From assembly GCA_038087875.1 (NCBI GenBank), contig CM075977.1:133610001-133674000 (forward strand): DNA of 64,000 bases, given 5' to 3'. Positions within the stretch are counted from its first letter, which is position 1. The number at the start of each line of letters is the position of its first letter. Shown piece by piece: positions 39,530 to 51,187 of the stretch. Below the pieces are notes generated by a model. It saw only the letters and a list, made by a program, of their open reading frames with translations, had not been told where the DNA came from and did not search any database. The position numbers were made by a program, and so were the translations under genes. Origin of the DNA: Malacoraja senta. Taxonomy: Eukaryota.

Positions 39530-41949
39530 TGTAGATCTGCTCTACCGAATACTAACACACACATGCTACACACCATTCGGATATATAATCCAGTCTGGGT
39601 TTTACCATGCAGTCACCATATATTACTGACACTTCCAGACACTAACGGGTGGTCGGGATGTAGTCACAGTGGTGACAACTTGTAGTGTAACTTTATTATA
39701 CGCTAATAAACTTGTTGGATTGTTACCTAGAGTATTTGATAATAGCTCTACATGGTGTCAGAAGTGGGATCCATTCTGCTCCTGGGCTGCCTGTCTTCAG
39801 AGCACCAGTGAAGGTGACAACAGACCCGTGGCATATGCCTCTCGCACGATGTCTGAATCTGAGCAATGATATGCACAAATCGAAAAGGAACTACTGCCAG
39901 TGGTTTTTGCCTGTGGGAAATTCAAAGACTTAATTTTGGAAAGACTGTGACTGTTGAAACAGACCACCAGCCCCATATCAGCATTTTGAACAAGCCAATC
40001 CATGCTGCTCCTGCCCAGCTGCAGCGGATGATGATGCAGCTTCAAAGGTACGATATCAAACTAGTTTACACACCAGGCAAATACATGCACCCAGCCGACA
40101 CTCTATCTAGAGCCCCCAACAAGACCTGCAAGCAACAACCGTCAGACAACGACACCTACATTGTGATGATGGTGTCTTATCTTCCCACAGAGTGCCTGGA
40201 CGACTTGGCTGCCCAGACAGCAGCCGATGACACCCTACGGACCCTGTCCTCGATCATCCAGCATGGCTGGCCGGATAAACAGTACAAGGTACCTGCTGCC
40301 GTTCGCCCGTACTACCCATGATGAGCTTGTGCTCCAGGACGGTGTGATTGTCAAGGGACACAAGGCAGTCATTCCAACTGCTTTACAAGATAAAAATTTC
40401 TGCTCTGTCCGCGGGGGGACATCCCGGCATCGAGGCAATCATTCTTCGAGCCAAGAGCATGTTTTTCTGGCCCGGAAAGACCAAGTTTATACGGGAGAAG
40501 GTGGAAGTCTGGTAGATCTGCAATAGCCTGGTGCCCCATCAACCCAAGCAGCCGCTTTGCCCTCAACCAGTCCCTGCCCTACCATGGTCCACGCAGGCAA
40601 CAGACATTTTTGAATGGCATGGTAAACAATACCCGGTTCTGGTTGACTTGTACTCGGGCTGGTTTGAGATCGATCTGCATCCCAGCCCCACTTCAGCAAT
40701 GGTGGTTCAATAACTACCGCAACATTTTTCAAGTCATGGGGCGCCCGTGAAACTCCTGTCTGACAACGGAAGCCAGTTCACCAGCCAGTGCTTCAAGAAT
40801 TTTGCCCAACGATGGGACTTTCGTCACACTACCAGCAGTCCCGAATTCCCTCAATCGAACGGACTGGCCGAGCGAGCAGTCCGGAGTGCCAAACAGGTGA
40901 TGGAAAGATCTCATTTGGCAAACTCTAACGTTTACATGGACTTGCTCAACTTAAGAAACATTGCCCGCGACCCAGTGCTAGGGTCTCCTGCCCAACGCCT
41001 CATGTCCAGGCAGACCCATACCACGCTGCCCGTACTACAACCACAGGTTTTCAAGCCATCCGTAATTCAAGCACAACTTCAGCATAAGCACGAGCTCCAG
41101 AAACACTCGTACGACAAAACAAGCAGGCCGTTGGCAAGTGGTCAAGTTGTACGACTTCAAACTGACAAGGGTCATGGACGCCTTGGTTGAATCCGCAGCA
41201 CTGCACCAGAACCATGTTCGTACATGGTTGATTCAAAAGGAGGGACTTACCGGCGAAACCGTCAACACCTTCTACCAGTGAAGGAACCGCAACCCACGAT
41301 CCCGTATCCAGATGTTCCTGGATGGTGTCACCGCACGACCGATATTCTCTCCTCCCCGGCCCGGAGTCCGTTTGTGGAGTCTGCGCCCAGCATGTATCCT
41401 GCCTTCTCGTCACCACGGTCGGTGTTCCAGTCTCCAGTCTCCAGTCTCCAGTCTCCAGTTTCATCTCACCCATCTCTCAGATCTCCGGTGCTCCAACAGC
41501 CCCCGGTCTCACAGTTCTCGCCGGTGAAGGATGGAGATGTGAGCTTGTACCGTACGCCTGCGGGTTACATTTACAAACCTACCCTTAGATACGGGGACTA
41601 TGCTGAACCTGCTCAAGTGCTGAAGCGACTGCCTATTCTTATAGACGCCAGTTAAACTTGATTAGTTGTGCTCATTTATATACTGTATATATTCGTAGTT
41701 ACGTTATTTTCTTAAGAGGAAAGATGTAGATCTGCTCTACCGAATACTAACACACACACATGCTACACGCCATTCAGATCTATAATCCAGTCTGGGTTTT
41801 ACCATGCAGCCACTATTTATTACTAACACTTCCAGATACTAGCGGGTAGTCGGGATGTAGTCACAGTGGTGACAACTTGTAGTGTAACTTTATTATACGC
41901 TAATAAACTTGTTGGATTGTTACTTGGAATATTTGTTAATATCTCTACA
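39530..41949 (+). mobile_element. Internally deleted Gypsy (Mag-like) LTR retrotransposon inserted in CR1
   Basis: TG..CA LTRs 39530-39752 and 41725-41949. 5-bp TSD TACCC. PBS TGGTGTCAGAAGTGGGAT (tRNA-Leu) and PPT AAGAGGAAAGA. Only RNase H (RPVAYASR, ETDHQP) and integrase (SDNGSQF, QSNGLAERAV) remnants remain. Confidence 0.93.
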
Positions 41950-42123
41950 TACCCCCAATACGATGTGCACTAATTTTGCCCACTAATCTCCTGGGTGGGA
42001 CCTTATCAAATACTTTCTGAAAGTCCAGATACACTACATCCATTGGCTCTGCTTCATCCATTTTACTTGTCACATCCTCAAAAAATTCCAGAAGATTAGT
42101 CAAGCAGGATTTTCCCGTCATAA

Positions 42124-42527
42124 ACCAGACCAATTCCAAAAGATTTGGTCTCCATTTATCGACTTATTACAAACATAGGGTGCAACAAAATGTTGATAAT
42201 AAATCGTTTCAGGACCTGGTGAGGGGTGAGTAAAGATATGAAGTAGGTACATCCCTTTCATATTGTCCTACCTTATCTTATGTTTTCTTTTTTCTTTTTC
42301 CTCCTTTAGGTTTTTCTCTTTTTTAAAACTATTTCTTGTGGTTTAGGTCCATATGCGTGTTCCTGGACCACTCTTTCAATCACTCACTTACTATCTTTAC
42401 CAACTCTTTCTATCCTTTTCTCTTATTAAAGTTTAAAATAAGAAGTGGTACAAGAAAAGTATAAACTTACGTTATTGCAGATTACTGTAATGTACAATAC
42501 TTCTAATAAAATAAAAAATAAAAAATA
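42124..42527 (+). mobile_element. 5'-truncated L1/Tx1-like 3' end inserted in CR1
   Basis: Encodes ...DQFQKIWSPFIDLLQT* followed by a T-rich 3' UTR, AATAAA and an A-rich tail. It splits the CR1 sequence tcataa|tccatgctgac. Confidence 0.7.
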
Positions 42528-44954
42528 AGTCCATGCTGACTTGGACCAATCCTTTTACTGCTATCCAAATGCGCCGTTATTAATTCTTTAATAATTGACT
42601 CCAGCATCTTCCCCACCACCGATGTCAGGCTAACTGGTCTATAATTCCCTGTTTTCTATCTCGCTCCTTTCTTGAAAAGTAGGATAACATTAGCTACCCT
42701 CCAATCCACAGGAACCGATCCTGAATCTATAGAACATTGGAAAATGATCACCAATGCGTCCACTATTTCTGGAGCCACCTCCTTGAGTACCCTGGGATGC
42801 AGACCATCAGGCCCTGGGGATTTATCAGCCTTCAGTCTCATCAGTCTACCCAATACTATTTCTCGCCTTATGCAAATTTCTTTCAATTCCTCTGTCTCCC
42901 TAGATCCTTTGTCCTCCAGTAAATCTGGGAGATTGTTTGTGTCTTCCTCAGTGAAGACAGAAACAAAGTACCTGTTCAACTTTTCTGCCACTTCCATGTT
43001 CCCCATAATAATTTCACCTGTTTCTGCCTTCAAGGGGCCCACATTTGTCTTTACTAATCTTTTTTTCTTAACTTACCTAAATAAACTTTTACTATTCTTC
43101 TTTATATTCTTGGCCAGCTTACCCTCGTACTTCATCTTTTCACCCCATATTGCCCTTTTTGTTACCTTCTGTTGTCCTTTGAAAGTTTCCAATCCTATGG
43201 CTTCCCACTACTCTTTGCTATGTTATACACCTTTTCTTTTAGTTTTATTCCATCCCTAACTTCCCTTGTCAGTCACGGTTGCGCTTACTCCGCTTAGAAT
43301 CTTTCTTCCTCTTTGGAATGAAATGATCCTGTACCTTCTGGATTATGCCCAGAAATTTCTGCCATTGCTGTTTCACCATCATTCCTACTAGGATCCTTTT
43401 CCATTGACCTTGGCCAGCTCCTCTCTCATGCCTTCATAGTCCCCTTTGTTCAACTGCAACACTGACACTTCTGATTTAACCTTCTCCCTCTCAAATTGCA
43501 GATGAAAACTTATCATATTCTGGTCACTACCTCCTAGCGGTTCCTTTACCTTGAGTTCCTTTATTAAATCTGGTGCATTAGACAACACTAAATCCAGAAT
43601 TGCCTTCTCTCTGGTAGGCTCCAAGACAAGCTGTTCTAAGAATCCATCTCGGAGGCATTCTACAAACATCGTTTCTTGGGGACCAGAACCAACCTGATTT
43701 TCACAGTCTACCTGCATATTGAAATCTCCCATAACCAGAGTGGCATTACCTTTGTTACATGACAATTTAAACTCCTGCTGCAACTTACACCCTACATCCA
43801 GGCTGCAGTTTGGGGGCCTGTAGATAACTCCCATTAGTGTCTTCTTACCTTTACAATACCTCAATTCTATCCACATCGACTCTACATCGTCAGTCCCTAT
43901 GTCACTCTTCGCAAGGGACTGCATTTCATCCCTCACCAACAGAGCTACCTTACCTCTGCCCACCTGCCTGTCCTTACTATAGGATGTATAACCCTGAATA
44001 TTCAGTTCCCAGTCCCGATCCTCCTGCAGCCACGTCTCTGTGATCCCCACAATGTCATATCGATCAATCTCTAACTGAGCCTCAACCTCATCCACTTTAC
44101 AAATTATACTTTGTGCATTCATATACAATACTTTTAATCCATTACTCACCTCACCTTTCACATCGATTCCAATTTCACTTGGCCATACTCTCGCATCCCT
44201 TCGTGAGCTTTCTGCTCCGTTAATTCTGGTGTTTTTCTTAACTTTTCCTATACTCTCTTTCCCTTTAACTCCATCCTTGTATTTCCAATTTATCTCCAAT
44301 CCCCCCCACTATTTAGTTTAAACTCACCCGTGTAGCAGTGGAAAACCTGCCTTCCAGAATGCTGGTCCCCGCCTGTTAAGGTGCAACCCGCCCTTTTGTA
44401 CAATTCACCCTTACCCCAAAACAGATCCCAGTGGTCTAAGAATTTAATCCCTGCCCCCTGCACCAGCTCCTCAGCCACACATTCAGATCCCCTATCTCTC
44501 TGTTTCTGCCCTCACCAGCACGAGGAACTGGAAGCAAACCGGAGATAGCCACCCTGGAGGTCCTGCTTTTCAGCCTTCTTCCGAGCTTTAAAGTCATGCT
44601 GCAGAATATCTATCCTCTTCTCCCCGGCGTCATTTGTGCCGATGCACTACCACTTCCGTCTGCTCACCTTCACACTTGAGGATGCTCTGCAATCGGTCCG
44701 TGACGTCCTGGATCCTGACAACAGGGAGGCAACACACCATCCTGGAATCCTGCCTGTTGCCGCAGAAACCCCTGTCTGTACCTCTCACGATGGAGTCCCC
44801 GACTACCACGGCTCTGCCTGATGTCTGTCTCATCGGCTTTGCTTCAGCGCCACATTATGACTCGCAGACCTGTCCCCCGCTCAGACTGGCAGTGTTTTCT
44901 GTCCCGACAGCTTCCAAGAGGGTGAACCTTTTTTCAAGAGGTACATCCCCCGGG

Positions 44955-45634
44955 GTCAAGTCAAGAGAGTTTATTGCCATGTGTCCCAGATGGGACAATG
45001 AAATTCTTGCTTGTTGCAGCACAACAGAGTATTGTAGGCATAAATACAGAACAGTTTCAGTGTGTCTATATAGCATAGACCATATTTATACACATAAATA
45101 AACAGATAAAGTGCAATAGGCTGTTATAGTTCAGAGTTTGTTTGATGGCAAGTTTAATAGTCTGATGGCTGTGTGGGAAGTAGCTGTTCCTGAACCTGGA
45201 TGTACCAGATTTCAGGCTCCTGTACATTCTACCTGATGGCAGCGCAGAGATGAGTGTGTGGCCAGGATGGTGTGGGTCCTTGATGATGTTGGCAGCCTTT
45301 ATGAGGCAGTGACTGCGATAGATCCCTTCGATGGTGGGGAGGTCAGAGCCGATGATGGACAGGGCAGTGGTCACAACTTTCTGCATTCTTTTCCGCTCCT
45401 GGACGCTCAAGTTGCCGGACCAAGCCATGATGCAACCAGTCAGCATGCTCTCTACTGTGCACCTGTAGAAGTTCGAGAGAGTCCTCTTTGACATACCGAC
45501 TCAACGTAATCTTCTCAGGAAGTAGAGGCGCTGATGTGCTTTCTTTATAATTGCATCAGTGTGCTGGGACCAGGAAAGATCTTCGGAAATATGCACGCCC
45601 AGGAATTTGAAGTTCTTGACCCTTTCCACCATTG
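44955..45634 (-). mobile_element. Rex1/Babar-like LINE 3' end inserted in CR1 ORF1
   Basis: ORF 45066..45494 (LSNFYRCTVESMLTGCIMAW...SRFRNSYFP) and a (cttga)n tail. CR1 resumes at 45635. Confidence 0.85.
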
Positions 45635-45739
45635 TCCTGTATTCCAAGCTTCCTTCCCTTCCTCATCATCACCCACCGGTATCTTCGGTGTAACAATCTC
45701 GCTGTAGGTCCTGTCCAGGAAACACTCATTTTCCCGGAT

Positions 45740-46880
45740 GATTCAAAAGTGTTTCATTGTCAAATGTATCGAAATGGAACAATGAAATTCTTACTTGCAG
45801 AACGACAGGTTTGTAAACACCGTACTCATAGAAAATATAATATACAAGCATAAAGAAAGAAGTTCAATAAATTTTAAAAAACAATATAGTGGAAAACACA
45901 ACAAATCCAAAGTGTGCAACCAAGACAGTTCGTAGTTCAGAGTTCATTTGGAGTTTGTAGTGTTCAATAGCCTCATGATTGTTGGGAAGAACCTCTGGAT
46001 GTTAGTTTTTAGGCTCCTACACATTCTTCCCAAAGGTAGGAGTGAAACAACTGCGTGACAAGGGTGGTGTGGATGCTTGATGATGCTGGCTGCCTTTTTG
46101 AGGCGGTGCCTCCTTTAGATCCCTTTGATGGTGGGGGGGGGGGGGTGGCGGGGCGTGATGGGAGGTCAGTACCCATGATGGACTGGGCAGTGTTCACAAA
46201 TGTTTGTGATCTCCTTTGTTCCTGAGCATTTGAGTTGCCGAGCCAGTCAAATGCTCTCTTCCATACACATGCAGTTCAAGGGAGTATTAGTTGACGTACC
46301 AAATCTTCTACTGATGTAGAGGTTTTGATGGGCTTTCTTTATAATTGCATCAAGGTGCTGAGTTCAGGGCAGATCTTCAGATGCACAGGAACCTGAAGTT
46401 GTTGACTCCACCACTGACCCATCGATGAAGACATGTTTGTAGATCTTCAGCCTTCCTCTTCCAAAGTCTATAAGTAGTTCCTTGGTTTTAGTGATGGTGA
46501 GAGCAAAGTTGTTGCGCTGGCACCATTCAGTCAGATGATCGATCTCATCCTATACTCTGACTCATCATTATCTGTAATTCTTCCAACAATGATATTGTCA
46601 TCGGCATATTTAAAGTTGTAACTCTGTCTGGCCTTGTAATCGTGGGTACAGAGTGAGTAGAGTAGGGGACTGAGCACACTGCCTTGAGGTGCCCCTGTAC
46701 TCAGGTTATTGAGGAGGAAGTGTTGTTGCCAATGTGTACCAATTGTGGTCTGTTGATGAAGTCGAGGATCCAGTTACGATAGGGATGCGCAGAGACCCAG
46801 TTTCCTGAGCTTGGTCACGTTTAGAGTGGATGATGGAGATGATGATGGTGTGGAACGCTGAGCTATTATTGATGAACAAC
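45740..46880 (-). mobile_element. Older Rex1/Babar-like LINE fragment
   Basis: The reverse complement of gccttgaggtgcccctgtact encodes STGAPQG. Its 3' region resembles 45066-45494. Confidence 0.75.
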
Positions 46881-47514
46881 TGCCATTCAGGCCCTCAGTA
46901 CCTCCATCTCAATGTTCTTCAAGAGACCCAACACCACCTCCTTAATATCAACATGCCCTAGAATATCAGCAAACTACCCCGAGATCTCACAAACCTCCCT
47001 GTCCTTCTCCTTGGAGAGTACTAATGCCAAGTACTTGTTTTGTAGCTCACCTAATTCATCTGGCTCCAGGTATAAATTCCCATTTAAGTCCTTGAGTGAT
47101 CCTATCCTCTCCCAAGTTACCCTTTTGTTTTTAGTGCATGTATAAAATACCTTGGGATTTTCTTCATTCCTACTCAAAATGACATTTCACGGCCCCTTGT
47201 AGCCCTCCTGGTTTGCCATTTAATTATTTCCTGCTTCTGGAGCAATCCTATACAATTTCAGCTTCCTAAACCGTACATTTGCTTCCTTTTATTTCTGACT
47301 TAATTTTTTAACGTCTCTTACTATACAAGGTTCCCGAACCTGGCCATCCTTGTCTGTCTTCCTCATGGGAAGAATCAAATACACAGGACAAGATTTTAAG
47401 AAGTCCCTTGTGCCAATAGGTGGGGAGCATTTCACGACATTCGTTGATTGTTGAGAGTGGTAGACGCTCAACATCGGGGGGGGGGGGGGGTAACCTTCAG
47501 GACAGTTGGGCACA

Positions 47515-47627
47515 GGACACATCATCAGTAGTGTACCCTTGCATCACTGGGTGTTTCGGCCTTTTAACACTATACACCCTCCACAAGGGCGGCCCGCTGC
47601 AGGATGATCAACCCTCAGCGCATGTCC
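47515..47627 (-). ncRNA. Candidate non-circularly permuted hammerhead ribozyme in the Hero 3' UTR
   Basis: Minus strand GGGUGU-A-UAGUGU ... GAA-ACACCC ... ACACUA-CUGAUGA: both core segments, a GUA cleavage triplet and perfect 6-bp stems I and III. Confidence 0.65.
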
Positions 47628-47649
47628 CGTGTCAAACCGTCCCAAAGAT

Positions 47650-50600
47650 TCACCCCGACATACTTGGGGCCCAGCATGGGTCTTTCCGCTTGAGCCAAAT
47701 CCACCGGCTGCTTCTTTCAGCCGCCTCTGAGAGTGATCTTATGGTCTTCCGCAGAGCCTGACCGTGGATTCCAAGCTCCTTCAGCAGTCTGATGGTAGAT
47801 GACGCAACAAATCCTCTGCATCCCACTTCAACTGGATAGACTTTGGTGTTCCAGCCACGCTGCGTTGCCTCTGCTGCAAGCTCTGCGTAGCGCAGCTTCT
47901 TACGCTCATAGGCCTCCTCAACAGAGTTCTCCCATGGAACTGTGAGCTCTATGATGTAAGCAGTCTTCTGTGAAGGGGACCAGAACACCAAGTCTGGCCT
48001 GAGGGTGGTGGAAGCAATTTCAGGTGGAAAAATTAGTTGTCGGCCGATGTCCGCCAGCATCCTCCCAGTCACGGGCCCTGCATTGGCTTCCTTCTTCTGA
48101 TCTGGTGGAAGGAAGTTTAGAAGTTTTCTGTCCTTCTCGGACAAAGGTTATTACCCTTAGGGGAGGGTTGCTTGCTCTCGGAGGCAAGGAGTTGGTCGCA
48201 CACCGCCTGTTCTCAAGGGCTGATGCCAGCTTTTTAGTACCTGATTATGCCGCCACGTGTATCTCCCTTGCGTGAGGCTGGTCTTGCAGCCTACCATGAT
48301 GTGTTTGAGGGTCGCTGGAGTTGGGCAGATGGCACAGGTTGGATCCTCGCCGTACCACTGATGGAGGTTCTTTGGTGATGGAAGCACGTCATATGTCGCT
48401 CTGATGATGAAGCTGATCTTGCTTGCTTCCATTTCCCATAGTTCTTTCCAGCTGATCTTCCTCCGCTCCACACCTTCCCACTGCATCCATTGCCCCTGCT
48501 TGGCAAGAGAGACCGCCTTTGCACTTCTTGCGGCCTCCTCCTGTCGCCGCACCTCCTCAACCACCAACGTCCTCCGCTCTGATGTTGTGGCCTTTCGCCA
48601 AGTTGGTTTACTTGTCGTAAGGCCAAAGCCTCCTCTTCCCTGCTGGACTTGCCCCACTATGTCTTTGTGCCTCAGGGCTGATGAAGCTTGCTGTACTGCA
48701 TCAGATGGTGTCCACTTCCGGCCAGTTGCTAGGGGCGGCGCAACAGCACTGATGATCTTGTCTCTAGAGTCCCTCAGTGTCATCTGGAGTCTTACTTTAG
48801 AACACTTATATTCCTCTGTTAGACTAGTGAGAGGTAGTTCCAGGACCCCTTTGCCATAGAGGCCGATGTTAGTTAGACATCGTGGGACACCGAGCCATTT
48901 CTTCACGTATGAAGTTATGGTTCGCTCCATCTTCTCCACAGTTGTTATTGGGGCTTCATAAACGGTCAGTGGCCACATTGTCCGAGGAAGGAGTCCAAAC
49001 TGTAGGCACCAGAGCTTCAGTTTCCCAGGCAGTAGGGTCTGATTGATGTTCTCCAGTCCATTGACAATTTCTTGCCTTAGTTGTTGCACCTGCTCTTTGT
49101 CCTTGAGACTTGCGTTATACCATCTTCCCAGGCTTTTAACTGGCTGCTCAGACACTGTTGGTATTGGGTCGTCACCAATACAGAACCTTGTGTCTCTAAG
49201 CACCCCCTTGACTATGGAGATGCTTCGAGATTTACTTGGTTTGATTTTCATTCGGGCCCACTTGATGTTCTCCTGCAGCTTTCCAAGTAGCCGCTTGGTG
49301 CATGCTGCAGTAGTGGTTAGTGTTGTCATGTCGTCCATGTATGCCCTGATGGGTGGCAGACGGAGCCCAGCCCTGGTTCTTTCACTGCCCACCACCCATT
49401 TTGAGGCCCTGATGATGACTTCCATGGCCATTGTAAAGGCCAAGGGTGAGACTGTGCAGCCTGCCATGATGCCTACTTCCAAGCGCTGCCATGTTGTACT
49501 GAAGTCAGCTGTTGTGAAGCACAGCTGCAGGTCTTGGTAATATTTCTTGACCAGTGTGGTGATGAGCTCTGGTACATGGAAAAAGGCAAAAGATTCCCAA
49601 AGGAGTTCATGGGGAACTGAACCAAATGCATTGGCCAGATCGAGGAAGATCACATGTAGGTCTCTCTTGTCCTTCTTAGCTGCTTGGATCTGGTGCCAGA
49701 TCATGCTTGTATGCTCCAAGCAACCCGAAAATCCTGGAATTCCTGCTTTCTGTACAGATGTATCAATGTACTTGTTTGTTACCAGATAGGTGGACAGCCT
49801 TTGTGATACAATGCTAAAAAAGATTTTTCCCTCGACGTTGAGGAGACATATTGGCCGGAATTGGCTGATGTCTGACGAATCCTTTTCTTTAGGTATTAGC
49901 ACGCCGCCGGCCCTTCGCCAAGCCTTAGGTATTGTTTGCTTCTTCACACCACCCTCATGAGCTTCCATAGAAAGCGTAACACATCTGGTGCGTTCTTATA
50001 GAGCTTGTATGGTACTCCGTTTGGCCCCGGAGCTGAAGCTGCTCTTGCTCGCCGGACCGTGTTCTCCACCTCTTTCCATCTCGGAGGGCTGGTGTCCATG
50101 TTGAATTCAGGTGGTTGAATAGGCGGGATGTCATGTGGGATGACCAACTGCTCATGCCTTTTCGTGTCTTTGTGGGCCTTTTCCAGGTGTTCCTCCAATT
50201 CCTGTTTTGATGTTTTCAAAGTTCCACTTTTTCCTTTGCGAAGAGGTCTTTGATGAACTTGAAAGGGTCTTTATAGAACCGTGTTCTTGTGTGTTCTTTC
50301 TTCTTGCGAAGTTTCCTCAAGTTCTCTGCTTTTCGCAAGGTTGCCAATCGGTTCTTGATGTCCTCTTGGAGTAGCATGAGACCTTCTCTCTCTGCGTCAG
50401 TTGCTTTTTTCCATTGCTTTTTCAACTGTCTCCTCTCTCTGATTAGCCTCTCGATCTCCTGCTGCCTCCTGGACTTGATTGGTGTTGGTAATTTCTTTCC
50501 ACCTCTCCCTTTACTCACCCCAAACCGTTCTTCTCCATAGCTGTAGATTGTGTTGCCCATCCTTTCAAGCTTTTCCACTGCTGTGCCCGTTTGTTGCTCC

Positions 50601-51187
50601 AAGATATGTATAAGGTCACTGTTGACCGTCTCCCACTCTTTCTTTTCAACAGCCTTGGGCCATTTCACTCCAGGTTTGTGCCCTTTGATCTTTCCCTCCA
50701 ATGGAGGTCTTTGTAGTTGTTGCGTGGGCTCCTCCACCGGCATTTCTGTGCTTGTATCACCCTCTTCAGTGACATGGGTGCTGATGCTCTGCGAACTTTG
50801 GTTTGTGTCCCGTCGCTGTGCTTCACTCGACTGATTTGACTGGTTGCTTCGTAAGAAGTACTGGTCAATGCGAGGCCCATGTTTCTGCTCTCTCAAGCAC
50901 TTTTTCTTCCCTTGGTGGATCTTCAAGCCCTTCACTGATGTTAATTTCTCCCAACCACAGATGCACACCTGAAGTTTGTGTCCCGCAGCTGTTGTGGATG
51001 TCTCATGTGCCATGCTCTCCTTGTCAGTAGTCGTTTCCGTTCCTGGGTCTGTAACCGTGTTATCAATCGGTGAGCCATCTTCCGCCCCCGCTCTCGCAGG
51101 CTCTAGGGGTATTCTCTTTATTTTACTTTTAGTAGCATTTAGCGGGTGTCTCCAACTAGCTGAAACAGCGTTGGGGACTGCTGTCAT
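47650..51187 (-). pseudogene. Hero polyprotein split into four frames
   Basis: CICGWEKLTSVKGLKIHQGKKKC zinc finger (50216..51187); APGPNG (49944..50219); RT FRPICLLNVEGKIFF, LDLANAFGS, GIMAGCTVSP and YMDD, plus CAICPTPATLKHIMVGC and WRHN (48157..49968); RLE RPDLV...IIELTVPWE...KKLRY...VEVGCRGF (47650..48144). Confidence 0.92.

Larger units (their letters stand above)
38440..45740 (-). mobile_element. Near full-length CR1 LINE (ORF1 esterase, APE endonuclease, RT) with nested insertions
   Basis: ORF1 AVVVGDSIVRG (44630..44833) with an upstream piece at 45635-45740 (IRENECFLDRTYSEIVTP); endonuclease 43388..44299 (ITETWL, MGDFN, GGSD); RT 42656..43042, 41945..42139 and 38857..39576. Confidence 0.92.

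Noticed and set aside
47259-47371. Direct repeat as an LTR of the RT element
   Set aside because: No TG..CA ends, PBS or PPT. The RT is of non-LTR type with RLE, and the repeat is continuous with flanking CR1-like DNA.
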